This document shows, piece by piece, positions 14,190 to 21,826 of a stretch of 23,773 nucleotides of DNA. Below the pieces are notes generated by a model. The model was not told where the DNA came from. It was given only the letters and a program-made list of their open reading frames with translations, and searched no databases. The translations under genes were made by a program, and so were the position numbers. Origin of the DNA: a virus; the IMG/VR virus record IMGVR_UViG_3300004481_001118. One strand, given 5' to 3'. Position 1 is the stretch's first letter. Each line of letters opens with the position of its first letter.

Positions 14190-15036
14190 ACACTACCATG
14201 TATATGTGGATCGAACTTCTGAAGGTGTACCGTTCTATGTTGGTAAAGGATCAACTCGTCGTGTTCTAACACTCAGGCGTAACGGTAAGCATAAACATGT
14301 TGCGATAACACATGGAATCAATAGAATAATTGAATTTGAAACTTCAGATGAAAATCAGGCGTTTGAACAGGAACGTAGATTGATTGTGAATTACCACACC
14401 TTTGTGAATGACGACCTGGCAGGACCTTTTGCGTGTAATTTTACAATCGGTGGCGATGGCACGTCAGGATTCAAATGGAGTGATGAAGCAATTACTCGAG
14501 TGAGTCATCAACGAAAAGGTAAGAATAATCGTTTGGGATCAAAACACTCACAAGAAACGAAGATGAAACAACGTGAAAGCAAACTCGGTACGCGTAATCC
14601 AAGTTTTGGAAAACCAGCATGGAATAGTGGGAAACACGTTGGTTCTAATGCTGCTAAAAAAGGTTGGGAAAAACGACGAATAAACGGTAATACCTCATCA
14701 GGACCTAAAAGTGAAGAAACACGTCGAAAAATTAGTGAAGCTTTCAAAGGTCGTACGTTGAGTGAAGAAACACGACACAAGATTAGTAAAGCAAACACTG
14801 GACGAAAACATACTAAAGAATCGAAACAAAGGATTGCTAAGACTGGTATTGGTCGCATTGTTTCTGCTGAGACACGTCAGAAACTAAGTCAGGCTAACAA
14901 AGGGCGTATTCTTTCTGCTGAGACACGTCAGAAAATTAGTGAAACTCGCAAAGAAAAACATCATGCTTTACAAAAATATCACGATGTGTTGACGATGCTC
15001 AACGAATCGGAGTGGGTAGAGGCGACGAGTCCCTAA
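14158..15036 (+). CDS. GIY-YIG homing endonuclease with tandem NUMOD3 DNA-binding repeats (freestanding HEG)
   Basis: GIY-YIG core HYHVYVD...PFYVGKGS...R...E...N. At least six repeats of the ETRxKISxAxxGR type. The gene is clearly more AT-rich than its flanks. Its 5' end overlaps the map 3' end by 32 nt. Confidence 0.85.
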   Translation: MEQKTLLKSTKHYHVYVDRTSEGVPFYVGKGSTRRVLTLRRNGKHKHVAITHGINRIIEFETSDENQAFEQERRLIVNYHTFVNDDLAGPFACNFTIGGDGTSGFKWSDEAITRVSHQRKGKNNRLGSKHSQETKMKQRESKLGTRNPSFGKPAWNSGKHVGSNAAKKGWEKRRINGNTSSGPKSEETRRKISEAFKGRTLSEETRHKISKANTGRKHTKESKQRIAKTGIGRIVSAETRQKLSQANKGRILSAETRQKISETRKEKHHALQKYHDVLTMLNESEWVEATSP

Positions 15037-15310
15037 CGAGCGGATCCTGCGTCACATACGGTTCTGAGTTCGTGGGCGGCACCGGACCGAAGCAATCCTC
15101 TGGATCCTCGACAGGATCACGAAGGTGTGAACTCACATCGTCGTCGACCTCGTAGTCCTTGTCGGCAAGGTAACCGAGTTGTTCCCTGTCGACCATGTCT
15201 GGTGACATTGGATTCCTCGTGGCGAGCGCGGGTCTCATCGGAACACCACCGCCCGCCTCAGCGATCACCCTACGGATGTACTTCCTGAGTTCACTGATCG
15301 TTGTTCTCAT
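14999..15310 (-). CDS. small acidic/Pro-rich protein with basic N-terminal helix (paralog of 17840..18046)
   Basis: N-terminus MRTTISELRKYIRRVIAEAGGG is similar to that of the 17840..18046 ORF (MRTTIARLRRYIREEVERNN...GGGG) at both protein and DNA level. Confidence 0.5.
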   Translation of the reverse strand: MRTTISELRKYIRRVIAEAGGGVPMRPALATRNPMSPDMVDREQLGYLADKDYEVDDDVSSHLRDPVEDPEDCFGPVPPTNSEPYVTQDPLVRDSSPLPTPIR

Positions 15311-15536
15311 TCACTGCACTTGTCATAAGTAGCAGTGAGATCACAACAGCGTTCACTCCTCCGTACTGTCAAACGGGTCAAAGAAGAGTCTGTCGTTCTT
15401 ACCGTCACCATCAGGTAGGTTGTCCCACCACTGATTGAATTCAATGTCTGAACGACAAAACATCATCCAGGCGTCGTCGGTTTGTTGTTGCATCAGGATA
15501 CTCTATGGTAGTTGACACTTTACAACCACCATCAAT

Positions 15537-15565
15537 TGTAACATTGTTGAACGCCGGTGTACAAT
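15537..15565 (+). promoter_or_regulatory. putative sigma70-like promoter (TTGTAA, 18-nt spacer, TACAAT) upstream of the 15584 gene
   Basis: Lies in the only sizeable noncoding stretch (15311..15583). TACAAT sits 18 nt before the ATG. Confidence 0.3.
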
Positions 15566-15583
15566 CTTGATCAGGTTGGTGTC

Positions 15584-15844
15584 ATGAAGAAGTTATTCAG
15601 GTTTTTCTCTGACGTTGCGTGGCGATTGGGTCTTGAACGCTTGTCACTCAGATTCCTGCTCGCGTCGTTGGATGGGTCTACGAACGTCGAGAGCAACACG
15701 ATCACGTTGTCAAACGTGCCTAATGAACACGTGTGCGGTGCAATCAAACCGATTGTTGTCTTCGAGGATGTTGTGCTCATTAGAGACCTTGGGTTCACAT
15801 CATCAGGTGTCAAGGTCCCATTGTCAATGATGGATGTGAACTGA
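15584..15844 (+). CDS. hypothetical protein
   Basis: ATG at 15584 (the track ORF starts at GTG 15557). Stop overlaps the next gene's ATG (TGATG). Confidence 0.45.
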   Translation: MKKLFRFFSDVAWRLGLERLSLRFLLASLDGSTNVESNTITLSNVPNEHVCGAIKPIVVFEDVVLIRDLGFTSSGVKVPLSMMDVN

Positions 15845-16287
15845 TGTCAAAAGAGTTCATTGAAGCGGGCTATGTGTTCGCACCGTACGTTCCGTTGCAG
15901 ATTACACCAACGCTGTCGATGGCCGGTGGGGGTGGGGGTACAACAGTCCTACGTACACATGAGATCTCAACGTTGTGTAGTGTGACAGGAGAGGCACGTA
16001 ACGATCTCGCGCCTGGTAACGAGGTCTCACTTAAGAACCACAAGGAAGCATACGGGATCATCGTCTCAATCAGGTGCAATGATACTGACGATGCCGACCT
16101 CGTTGTCGCTGATGTGTTGTGGTCTGTCTTACCTGATGACTATAGCTGGTTCACGATGCCCATGGTTAGACGCGTTCACGCCACTAAGATAGCACAATCA
16201 CTCGTCACTGTTCAACCAATGATCGTACCTACGAGCAGCATCTTTTACATGGACTATACGTATGGTTCAGGATCGATCAACAAGTGA
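15844..16287 (+). CDS. hypothetical protein with PG...W family-like core and Gly-rich N-extension
   Basis: Motifs LAPGNEVSL ... DYSWFTM. GGGGG stretch near the N-terminus. Confidence 0.5.
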   Translation: MSKEFIEAGYVFAPYVPLQITPTLSMAGGGGGTTVLRTHEISTLCSVTGEARNDLAPGNEVSLKNHKEAYGIIVSIRCNDTDDADLVVADVLWSVLPDDYSWFTMPMVRRVHATKIAQSLVTVQPMIVPTSSIFYMDYTYGSGSINK

Positions 16288-16332
16288 GTCGGTGTAATCC
16301 GCACCGAACGTATGGTATGATTGTAACGATTC

Positions 16333-16638
16333 ATGTGGAACCCGGGCACATTGCTGCACATCAAGTCAGATTACGTAGACGCCGTGATTGATGCGCCTGA
16401 TGGCATCATGTTCGTAAACGGTAATCGTCCCTGGTCTCGCCGGCGTTCAGGACCGGGTCCATGTGAACCTTACTCGCCGGCAATCATCGCGTTCGTGATC
16501 ACCACGACAGAGACAGGATTCGGTACGATGGGCCGCAAGTGGGACGCGATGCTATTGACAATGGGTAGGATCATCGTCATAAAGAACGTATGGAAAGTAC
16601 AGGATGCTTGGTTCAACGTCCACATAGAACCGAGATGA
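16333..16638 (+). CDS. PG...GW family-like small protein
   Basis: Motifs MWNPGTLLHI ... QDAWFNV. Confidence 0.5.
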   Translation: MWNPGTLLHIKSDYVDAVIDAPDGIMFVNGNRPWSRRRSGPGPCEPYSPAIIAFVITTTETGFGTMGRKWDAMLLTMGRIIVIKNVWKVQDAWFNVHIEPR

Positions 16639-16658
16639 GAAAGTTTTGAAAGAAGAAA

Positions 16659-17456
16659 ATGACAACGAATAGAACGATAGTCATCGGCGACCTGCATGGT
16701 TGCTATGAAGAGGCAGTTGAGCTGCTGAAAGCATGTAACACCCGCGCGGAAGATCAGGTGATCTTTCTCGGAGACCTCATTGATCGCGGTCCTGAAAACG
16801 GAAGGTGTGTTGACCTCGCGATGCACCGCGAACGGGTGCAGGGAAAACCTGCATGTGTTCTCGGTAACCATGAGGAGAAGCACGTCTTCTATCAGGACAC
16901 CTCACGCAAGAAAGGCTTCGTCAAGATCAACGTTCCGAACCACGTTGCAACACGTGAGCAGCTGAAACCTGAACACTATGATTACTTTAGGCGGCTCCCG
17001 AAGTACATCAGGTTGCCCGAGAACAATGCCGTGTGCGTGCATGCTGGTGTCTACCCGAATAGACCCATTGAAAAACAGGCTGACAAACACCTGTTGCACG
17101 CGCAGATGATAAGGCCATACGATTCAGATGGGAACCCAACGTTCAACGAGTCGACTGTGTGGTCGAGCCGCGTTCCTGCGGGTGAAGACAACTGGAAGTT
17201 CTGGACGAACTTTTGGACAGGACCCGAGCGTGTGATCTTTGGTCATAGTGTTCTGAACAAACCGCTTGTCACAGAGCACGCAGTTGGGATCGACGGAGGG
17301 GCGTGCTTTGGTCGTGAGCTCTGGGCACTCGTTCTACCTGACTGGGAGATCGTCTCGGTGAAGGCGAAGAACAGTCACGATCCGAACGACCTCGCCAGAC
17401 GCGGCAACCCAAACAAACAACTGTACATGATCTCAGGTGATGTGGGCACGTACTGA
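16659..17456 (+). CDS. PPP-family metallophosphoesterase (Ser/Thr protein phosphatase / ApaH-like)
   Basis: Signature motifs GDLHG, GDLIDRG, GNHE, and downstream H and GH motifs. Confidence 0.85.
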   Translation: MTTNRTIVIGDLHGCYEEAVELLKACNTRAEDQVIFLGDLIDRGPENGRCVDLAMHRERVQGKPACVLGNHEEKHVFYQDTSRKKGFVKINVPNHVATREQLKPEHYDYFRRLPKYIRLPENNAVCVHAGVYPNRPIEKQADKHLLHAQMIRPYDSDGNPTFNESTVWSSRVPAGEDNWKFWTNFWTGPERVIFGHSVLNKPLVTEHAVGIDGGACFGRELWALVLPDWEIVSVKAKNSHDPNDLARRGNPNKQLYMISGDVGTY

Positions 17457-17461
17457 GTCGG

Positions 17462-17641
17462 TCAGTCCCAAAAGCTACCGGACATGACCCAGATCGTGCC
17501 CTCTAGCATCGCCAAAACCCACCAAGCGTCTATGTACCTGGTCGTTGACATCAGCCACACGGCGATCGTGACGCCAAAGCCGACAGTTGCGAACAGCATC
17601 GTAAAGAACCGAAACTCTTCTCGTGTTATCGACCACGCCAT
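17462..17641 (-). CDS. possible 59-aa small membrane protein
   Basis: Hand translation: MAWSITREEFRFFTMLFATVGFGVTIAVWLMSTTRYIDAWWVLAMLEGTIWVMSGSFWD. Single TM segment. Follows infA on the minus strand. Below the 60-aa track cutoff. Confidence 0.25.
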   Translation of the reverse strand: MAWSITREEFRFFTMLFATVGFGVTIAVWLMSTTRYIDAWWVLAMLEGTIWVMSGSFWD

Positions 17642-17826
17642 GTGATGCGTCCGCGAGATGTATCGTAAGGTGACACCTCGACTGTCACAGCATCACCCAC
17701 CAGGATGCGGATCTTGTTCATCCTGAGCTTACCCGCGAGTGTCGCGAGCACCATGTGACCGGCACTCGTTTTTACCTGGAACAGTGTTCCGGGCAGTGCC
17801 TCTTCAACAGTGCCGTCGAACGTCAT
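17626..17826 (-). CDS. infA: translation initiation factor IF-1
   Basis: MTFDGTVEEALPGTLFQVKTSAGHMVLATLAGKLRMNKIRILVGDAVTVEVSPYDTSRGRITWRGR aligns with bacterial IF-1. The ORF is open up to 17898; the internal Met at 17826 (AGGA upstream) avoids overlap with the upstream gene, so the start is uncertain. Confidence 0.8.
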   Translation of the reverse strand: MTFDGTVEEALPGTLFQVKTSAGHMVLATLAGKLRMNKIRILVGDAVTVEVSPYDTSRGRITWRGR

Positions 17827-17839
17827 CCTGTCCTGTCTG

Positions 17840-18046
17840 TCATCGTTCGTCATTTCGTTCGTTTCTTTGTTCATCTGCGTTCTCTTCTTCATCTTCAATG
17901 TCAGGACCCAAACCCGGAGGTGGGGGAACGATACCGTTGTTCGAGCTGCTTATGCCGCCACCACCAAAGAATCCTGCGCTCCATCTGTTATTGCGTTCAA
18001 CCTCTTCACGTATGTAACGTCTGAGCCTTGCGATTGTTGTTCTCAT
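17840..18046 (-). CDS. small acidic protein with basic N-terminal helix and Gly/Pro-rich linker (paralog of 14999..15310)
   Basis: MRTTIARLRRYIREEV...GGGG...PPPPG...DIEDEEENADEQ. ATGA overlap with the upstream minus-strand gene. Confidence 0.5.
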   Translation of the reverse strand: MRTTIARLRRYIREEVERNNRWSAGFFGGGGISSSNNGIVPPPPGLGPDIEDEEENADEQRNERNDER

Positions 18047-18444
18047 GCATGTAAGTATGCGAGCACATCACCGATCTTTTTTGCTTGTTCGATCACCCAC
18101 CTTGAGTCGATCGCCATCTGTCTGTTGCTTTTATCAACGATTGCATCGAAGGCAATGAGTGTCCGACCCGAATCAGTCGGAACGATGTCATTTGCATACC
18201 GCACACCGTACGGCAGCTGATGACAGTCAAGTGTCATGAACATGTTGTCACCTGTTAAGATGACGATGTCGTTTGTTTTCGGCTTGCGTCCCGCGGCGAT
18301 GATGACTTGTGAGCGCTCTAATACGCCAAAACATGAGACCTCGTCGAGTTCGCTTTGGACGAGCATCGCCATGTAATCGGGTATCGTGACCTCAATGTCA
18401 CCGCTCACCTCAAGAGTCCCACCGCCGCTCACTTCAAATTCCAT
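18043..18444 (-). CDS. hypothetical protein (first gene of the minus-strand infA operon)
   Basis: 133-aa ORF with protein-like composition. Divergent from the 18491 + gene. Confidence 0.5.
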   Translation of the reverse strand: MEFEVSGGGTLEVSGDIEVTIPDYMAMLVQSELDEVSCFGVLERSQVIIAAGRKPKTNDIVILTGDNMFMTLDCHQLPYGVRYANDIVPTDSGRTLIAFDAIVDKSNRQMAIDSRWVIEQAKKIGDVLAYLHA

Positions 18445-18457
18445 CTAGCGTATTGTA

Positions 18458-18494
18458 ATGTAAGGTGTTCGGTTTGTACTATCATGTAAGGTGT
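18458..18494. repeat. direct repeat ATGTAAGGTGT (two copies, 26 bp apart) in a divergent intergenic region
   Basis: 18458-18468 and 18484-18494. The second copy contains the GTG start of the 18491 ORF. Confidence 0.4.
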
Positions 18495-18745
18495 CTAATC
18501 TTTCGTTATCACCGAGGATCGTTCCGGGAGCACTCATCACGATTCGTTCCGGTGAGTGGACAAGCGCGCGTGTTGATGTGGGTACAATCATCGCTGTCGA
18601 CAAAGGCATGTATGAATCAAAACGAATGTTAGTGTACAGCCCTTCTGACGACATTTCAAGGCTTACGTGGATGGAAATAGATGATTTCTTAATGAAATAC
18701 TTCGTTACAATCGTGTGGTCGCCGCACGATGGTGCACCTCTTTGA
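18491..18745 (+). CDS. PG...W family-like small protein
   Basis: GTG start. Motifs RIVPGALITI ... LTWMEI. Preferred over the antisense ORF 18445..18783. Confidence 0.45.
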   Translation: MSNLSLSPRIVPGALITIRSGEWTSARVDVGTIIAVDKGMYESKRMLVYSPSDDISRLTWMEIDDFLMKYFVTIVWSPHDGAPL

Positions 18746-18782
18746 TGAACTGATGTATACTTGAAATGGAAGCACAGGATCA

Positions 18783-19124
18783 TTGACGCCCTTGGCTCAA
18801 CATCAGTTATCGTTCTTTAACAGGTTTGTTGTCCTTGCAATGATGGGTCTGGCAACGTGTGCGATAGTTAGTGGCTTGAGTGTGAACACAACTCCTGAGA
18901 AACAACTCACTGCATGTCGTGATACGGCGAGTTCAATGGGCGATGCCGGTACGTGTCCTGTTGACATGTTCCTCGCGATTGAACGTGTTGATGACAAAAC
19001 GTATGTCATCTGCAGGTGTGTCCAACCGAAGACATTCATCATCCTGGCACCTGACATCCCAAAATTGCCTGATGAACCTCAGATCATCTTCCCATCAAAA
19101 GAGCGTGATTACGTCGACCTGTGA
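18783..19124 (+). CDS. secreted or membrane-anchored Cys-rich protein (signal peptide with lipobox-like LATC)
   Basis: N-region with Arg, then a hydrophobic run FVVLAMMGLATC. Six Cys in the mature part. TTG start. Confidence 0.45.
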   Translation: MTPLAQHQLSFFNRFVVLAMMGLATCAIVSGLSVNTTPEKQLTACRDTASSMGDAGTCPVDMFLAIERVDDKTYVICRCVQPKTFIILAPDIPKLPDEPQIIFPSKERDYVDL

Positions 19125-19384
19125 AAGCAACGAACATGTTGACATACATCGTGTTTACATTGTTGTTAGTTCTGTTGCTATGCATCGGACGCTCAGCGGT
19201 ACGGGAACTGAGCTCAACACTCGATCCGGTTGATGAAGTTGCATCAGAGATCACAGTGGGTGTGTGTCCGAGGTGTTCAGAAGAACATCCAGAGGCAACG
19301 AGCAGCAACGAGTTCTGGACACACTTTCGATGTCCTGTCTGTGGTTACACCGTGAGCACCCACGTTACCGTGAAGAAAAAATAA
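19121..19384 (+). CDS. membrane-anchored zinc-ribbon protein
   Basis: TM helix LTYIVFTLLLVLLLCIG, then CPRC ... CPVC. ATGA overlap. Confidence 0.5.
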   Translation: MKATNMLTYIVFTLLLVLLLCIGRSAVRELSSTLDPVDEVASEITVGVCPRCSEEHPEATSSNEFWTHFRCPVCGYTVSTHVTVKKK

Positions 19385-19389
19385 ACTCA

Positions 19390-19402
19390 ACACCGCGGGT
19401 GT
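19390..19402 (+). terminator. weak stem-loop after the 19384 stop
   Basis: ACACC-GCG-GGTGT followed by a T-rich GTATTGTCTTCT. Confidence 0.2.
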
Positions 19403-19429
19403 GTATTGTCTTCTAAGAGGGTTAAACAA

Positions 19430-19963
19430 ATGAAGTTCATCACATCGGCACTCATCATCGCGGCACTTGCATTTGGGTGTTCAACCGCACCACCCACGGC
19501 ACCCAAGGTCCCAGAAACACGCAACATCATCGCAATCGACAACACTGCCTGGTCACTTGACATACCCAAGGACTGGACGATCGTCACTAACATGAATCAA
19601 ACATTGGAGGTGGGTGGGCAGGAACTCTTTGCATTACACGCATGGGGTGTTGATAGTTTCATCGGTGTCTCAGTTAGCACCATACCACTCTCAGACGCAG
19701 ATGAAAACTTCAGTACTGCTGTCGTGCTTGCATCAATAGAAGCAGGCGGAAAGGTGACATCATTGAACCCAACGACAGTACTCGGCAACACCGGGTCTGT
19801 GTCGACAGTCGTGTACCCAGCGGACGGGATCATGATCATGCAGGTTGCAGTCGCAAACAAGCGTACCGGTTACATCACCGCATGCGGTGGCAATGTGAAG
19901 GACGAGAAGGCAATCAACACACAATGCTCGAACATCCTCAACACGTTTCGTCTAAAGAAATGA
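19430..19963 (+). CDS. lipoprotein
   Basis: GAGGG RBS 9 nt before ATG 19430. MKFITSALIIAALAFGC fits the lipoprotein signal and lipobox pattern. The track ORF starts at TTG 19406. Confidence 0.6.
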   Translation: MKFITSALIIAALAFGCSTAPPTAPKVPETRNIIAIDNTAWSLDIPKDWTIVTNMNQTLEVGGQELFALHAWGVDSFIGVSVSTIPLSDADENFSTAVVLASIEAGGKVTSLNPTTVLGNTGSVSTVVYPADGIMIMQVAVANKRTGYITACGGNVKDEKAINTQCSNILNTFRLKK

Positions 19964-19981
19964 AGAAGAAAACATCACGAC

Positions 19982-20224
19982 GTGCCAGCACCAGGAGACC
20001 TGATCGCATACACGAGTTCGTTCGGCTCGGTGATCTTCGGCATACTCGTGTACGTGTCGCTTGACTTTGAAGGTTACGGCAGGTTGAAACCGGCGTGGAA
20101 CGTTCTCATGCTCACGTCTGATGACAAGCTCTTTGAACTGATCATCCATGAGTCAACGATGAACATAACATGGAGGGCGATAACCGGCTCGCACAGTGAA
20201 CCAGACATTGATGATGTGTTATGA
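19982..20224 (+). CDS. PG...W small paralog family member
   Basis: GTG start. Motifs PAPGDLIAY ... NITWRAI. Confidence 0.5.
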   Translation: MPAPGDLIAYTSSFGSVIFGILVYVSLDFEGYGRLKPAWNVLMLTSDDKLFELIIHESTMNITWRAITGSHSEPDIDDVL

Positions 20225-20502
20225 TGTGGTTCGACAAGTGCAAAGACAGCGAGGCGTACTGGCTTAATGAGCTCAAGCCCGGAACGATGCTCGTTCACAA
20301 GACACACGTCAAAGACAAGAAGAACTGCCTCGTGATGATCATCAAAACATGGTGGACAAAGGTTGAACCGATCGACGACATCGGCCTCGTAGGCGAGTAC
20401 GTTACGATGATGGTGCTCGATAGCTCAAACACAACAGTCAAGGAATACACGGCGAAGTGCGATGAGTTCTACATGTACTGGTTACACGTGAGAACGACAT
20501 GA
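20221..20502 (+). CDS. PG...W small paralog family member
   Basis: ATGA overlap. Motifs LKPGTMLVHK ... YMYWLHV. Confidence 0.55.
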   Translation: MMWFDKCKDSEAYWLNELKPGTMLVHKTHVKDKKNCLVMIIKTWWTKVEPIDDIGLVGEYVTMMVLDSSNTTVKEYTAKCDEFYMYWLHVRTT

Positions 20503-20813
20503 GAAATCTCATCGACAACATCAATGCGCTTCTTATCGACGGCGACCTACCGCTCCCAGGTGATCTCATCGTTGCAAAGTTTCCAATGCATTCGTGGGAA
20601 ACTGAAGCCACGCTCGGGCACGATGGAATCAATGTCGAAACAGGTGATGTCGGTATAGTCGTCGGTGTGTGGCAACACAATCAAAGAATTCGTTTACGAC
20701 TTTTGATCAATGATCGCACCACTGTGTTCTCCCTCGCGCCCGATAGAGTTTCTCAATGTTGGACTTATGGGGAACCTTTGAACAGCCCAAAGAATAGTCC
20801 TGGGTCATTCTAG
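20499..20813 (+). CDS. PG...W small paralog family member
   Basis: ATGA overlap. Motifs LPLPGDLIVAKF ... SQCWTYG. Confidence 0.55.
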   Translation: MRNLIDNINALLIDGDLPLPGDLIVAKFPMHSWETEATLGHDGINVETGDVGIVVGVWQHNQRIRLRLLINDRTTVFSLAPDRVSQCWTYGEPLNSPKNSPGSF

Positions 20814-20822
20814 AGACCTCGT

Positions 20823-21131
20823 TTAGCTGTTCTGGAGCACCGTGTACCACAGCGTGGTGTCATTGACTGTATCACCGATCGTGCTACTCAGTCTCCACGA
20901 TGAAACGTCCCACATACCATCGTCGGGTATGAACACGGTGACGATGTTCCCAGTGCGCCCGTCGACATCCTCACATATCCGCACCAACTTGGTGCCGATA
21001 ACCAACGCAAGTTTTTGATGTTCCAACCAACGTTCAGTGTTGTCGAGGATGCTGCAAAGCATCGCTCCGCGTTCGACGACAACGAGGTCACCCGGCACAT
21101 GGCGTGGTGTCCAGGGTTTCTTCTTAGACAT
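20823..21131 (-). CDS. PG...W small paralog family member (inverted orientation)
   Basis: Motifs HVPGDLVVVE ... TTLWYTV. Confidence 0.5.
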   Translation of the reverse strand: MSKKKPWTPRHVPGDLVVVERGAMLCSILDNTERWLEHQKLALVIGTKLVRICEDVDGRTGNIVTVFIPDDGMWDVSSWRLSSTIGDTVNDTTLWYTVLQNS

Positions 21132-21498
21132 CTGTGAGTTGGCTCTGGAACAGCGGGCCCTCGAACGCCTCGCTACTCGGCGTAAAGATGTAGTAAACGT
21201 ATGGGTACACGTGGGTGAGGTGGTTGTCTCCCGGATTGGCCTTCATCACGCCTATGACCATGCTGACGTTGCTGCCGTACTTAGCACTAAGTGCAGTCAC
21301 CGGCTCCCTCCTCACAAGGTCACCGTTCAACCACCTCGGCTGGTTCTTTCGACAACAACGACCAGGTTCGTGGCGCTTCCCACAGTCAACACACCTATCG
21401 ACAAGCATCACAGGATCCTTGCAACAGGGAGATGTTTGTGTCCGTTCACTTATCATATGTATGTGCGGCGAGCTTGTCTGACTCATCTTTGAGCTCAT
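21124..21498 (-). CDS. Cys-rich hypothetical protein (possible zinc-binding)
   Basis: CCKDPVMLVDRCVDCGKRHEPGRCC cluster. Lies in the minus-strand operon downstream of the chaperonin. Confidence 0.45.
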   Translation of the reverse strand: MSSKMSQTSSPHIHMISERTQTSPCCKDPVMLVDRCVDCGKRHEPGRCCRKNQPRWLNGDLVRREPVTALSAKYGSNVSMVIGVMKANPGDNHLTHVYPYVYYIFTPSSEAFEGPLFQSQLTDV

Positions 21499-21826
21499 CC
21501 ATAGCCTCGGCGACCAGCTTCCTTGACCTTCTCACACGTAGCCAGTCGAGTACAACGTTGATGCTCAGCACACCCATCACTCCCGCGAGAGCTGCGTCTG
21601 TGCTGAACCATCCGACACCGAGTGCCACGAGCAACGATGCCAATAGGCTCGCGAGGGAGCTCAACACGGCACCTTGAGAGACCGACAGTGATTTGACCGC
21701 ATCGTCCGCAAACGAGAGAGCAAGACCGAAGGACGCAGCATTCTTCTCATCAACGCGAGTCCAGTCAATGTCCTTCATGTTCTCAACCGGCAGCTCGTAG
21801 ACATCATTCTCGTGTGGCATCATCAG
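21446..21826 (-). CDS. hypothetical membrane protein
   Basis: Start MMPHENDVYEL at 21826 with GAGGAAGGAA RBS. Hydrophobic LSSLASLLASLLVALGVGWF and VMGVLSINVVL. The track ORF extends to 21853. Confidence 0.5.
   Translation of the reverse strand: MMMPHENDVYELPVENMKDIDWTRVDEKNAASFGLALSFADDAVKSLSVSQGAVLSSLASLLASLLVALGVGWFSTDAALAGVMGVLSINVVLDWLRVRRSRKLVAEAMDELKDESDKLAAHTYDK

Noticed and set aside
15311-15583. tRNA gene in the largest noncoding gap (also looked in 1..189 and 17457..17625)
   Set aside because: No acceptor-stem and T-loop (GTTCGAATC-like) arrangement or cloverleaf-compatible pairing was seen by eye. tRNAscan-SE was not run, so this is unverified.
18445-18783. 112-aa minus-strand ORF that would extend the infA operon
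   Set aside because: Mutually exclusive with the + strand 18491..18745 ORF, which carries the family PG...W motifs. Kept only as an alternative, at lower probability.
20811-20826. TCTAGA-containing sequence at the convergent junction as a bidirectional terminator
   Set aside because: No stable stem-loop could be formed. It is just a palindromic hexamer.
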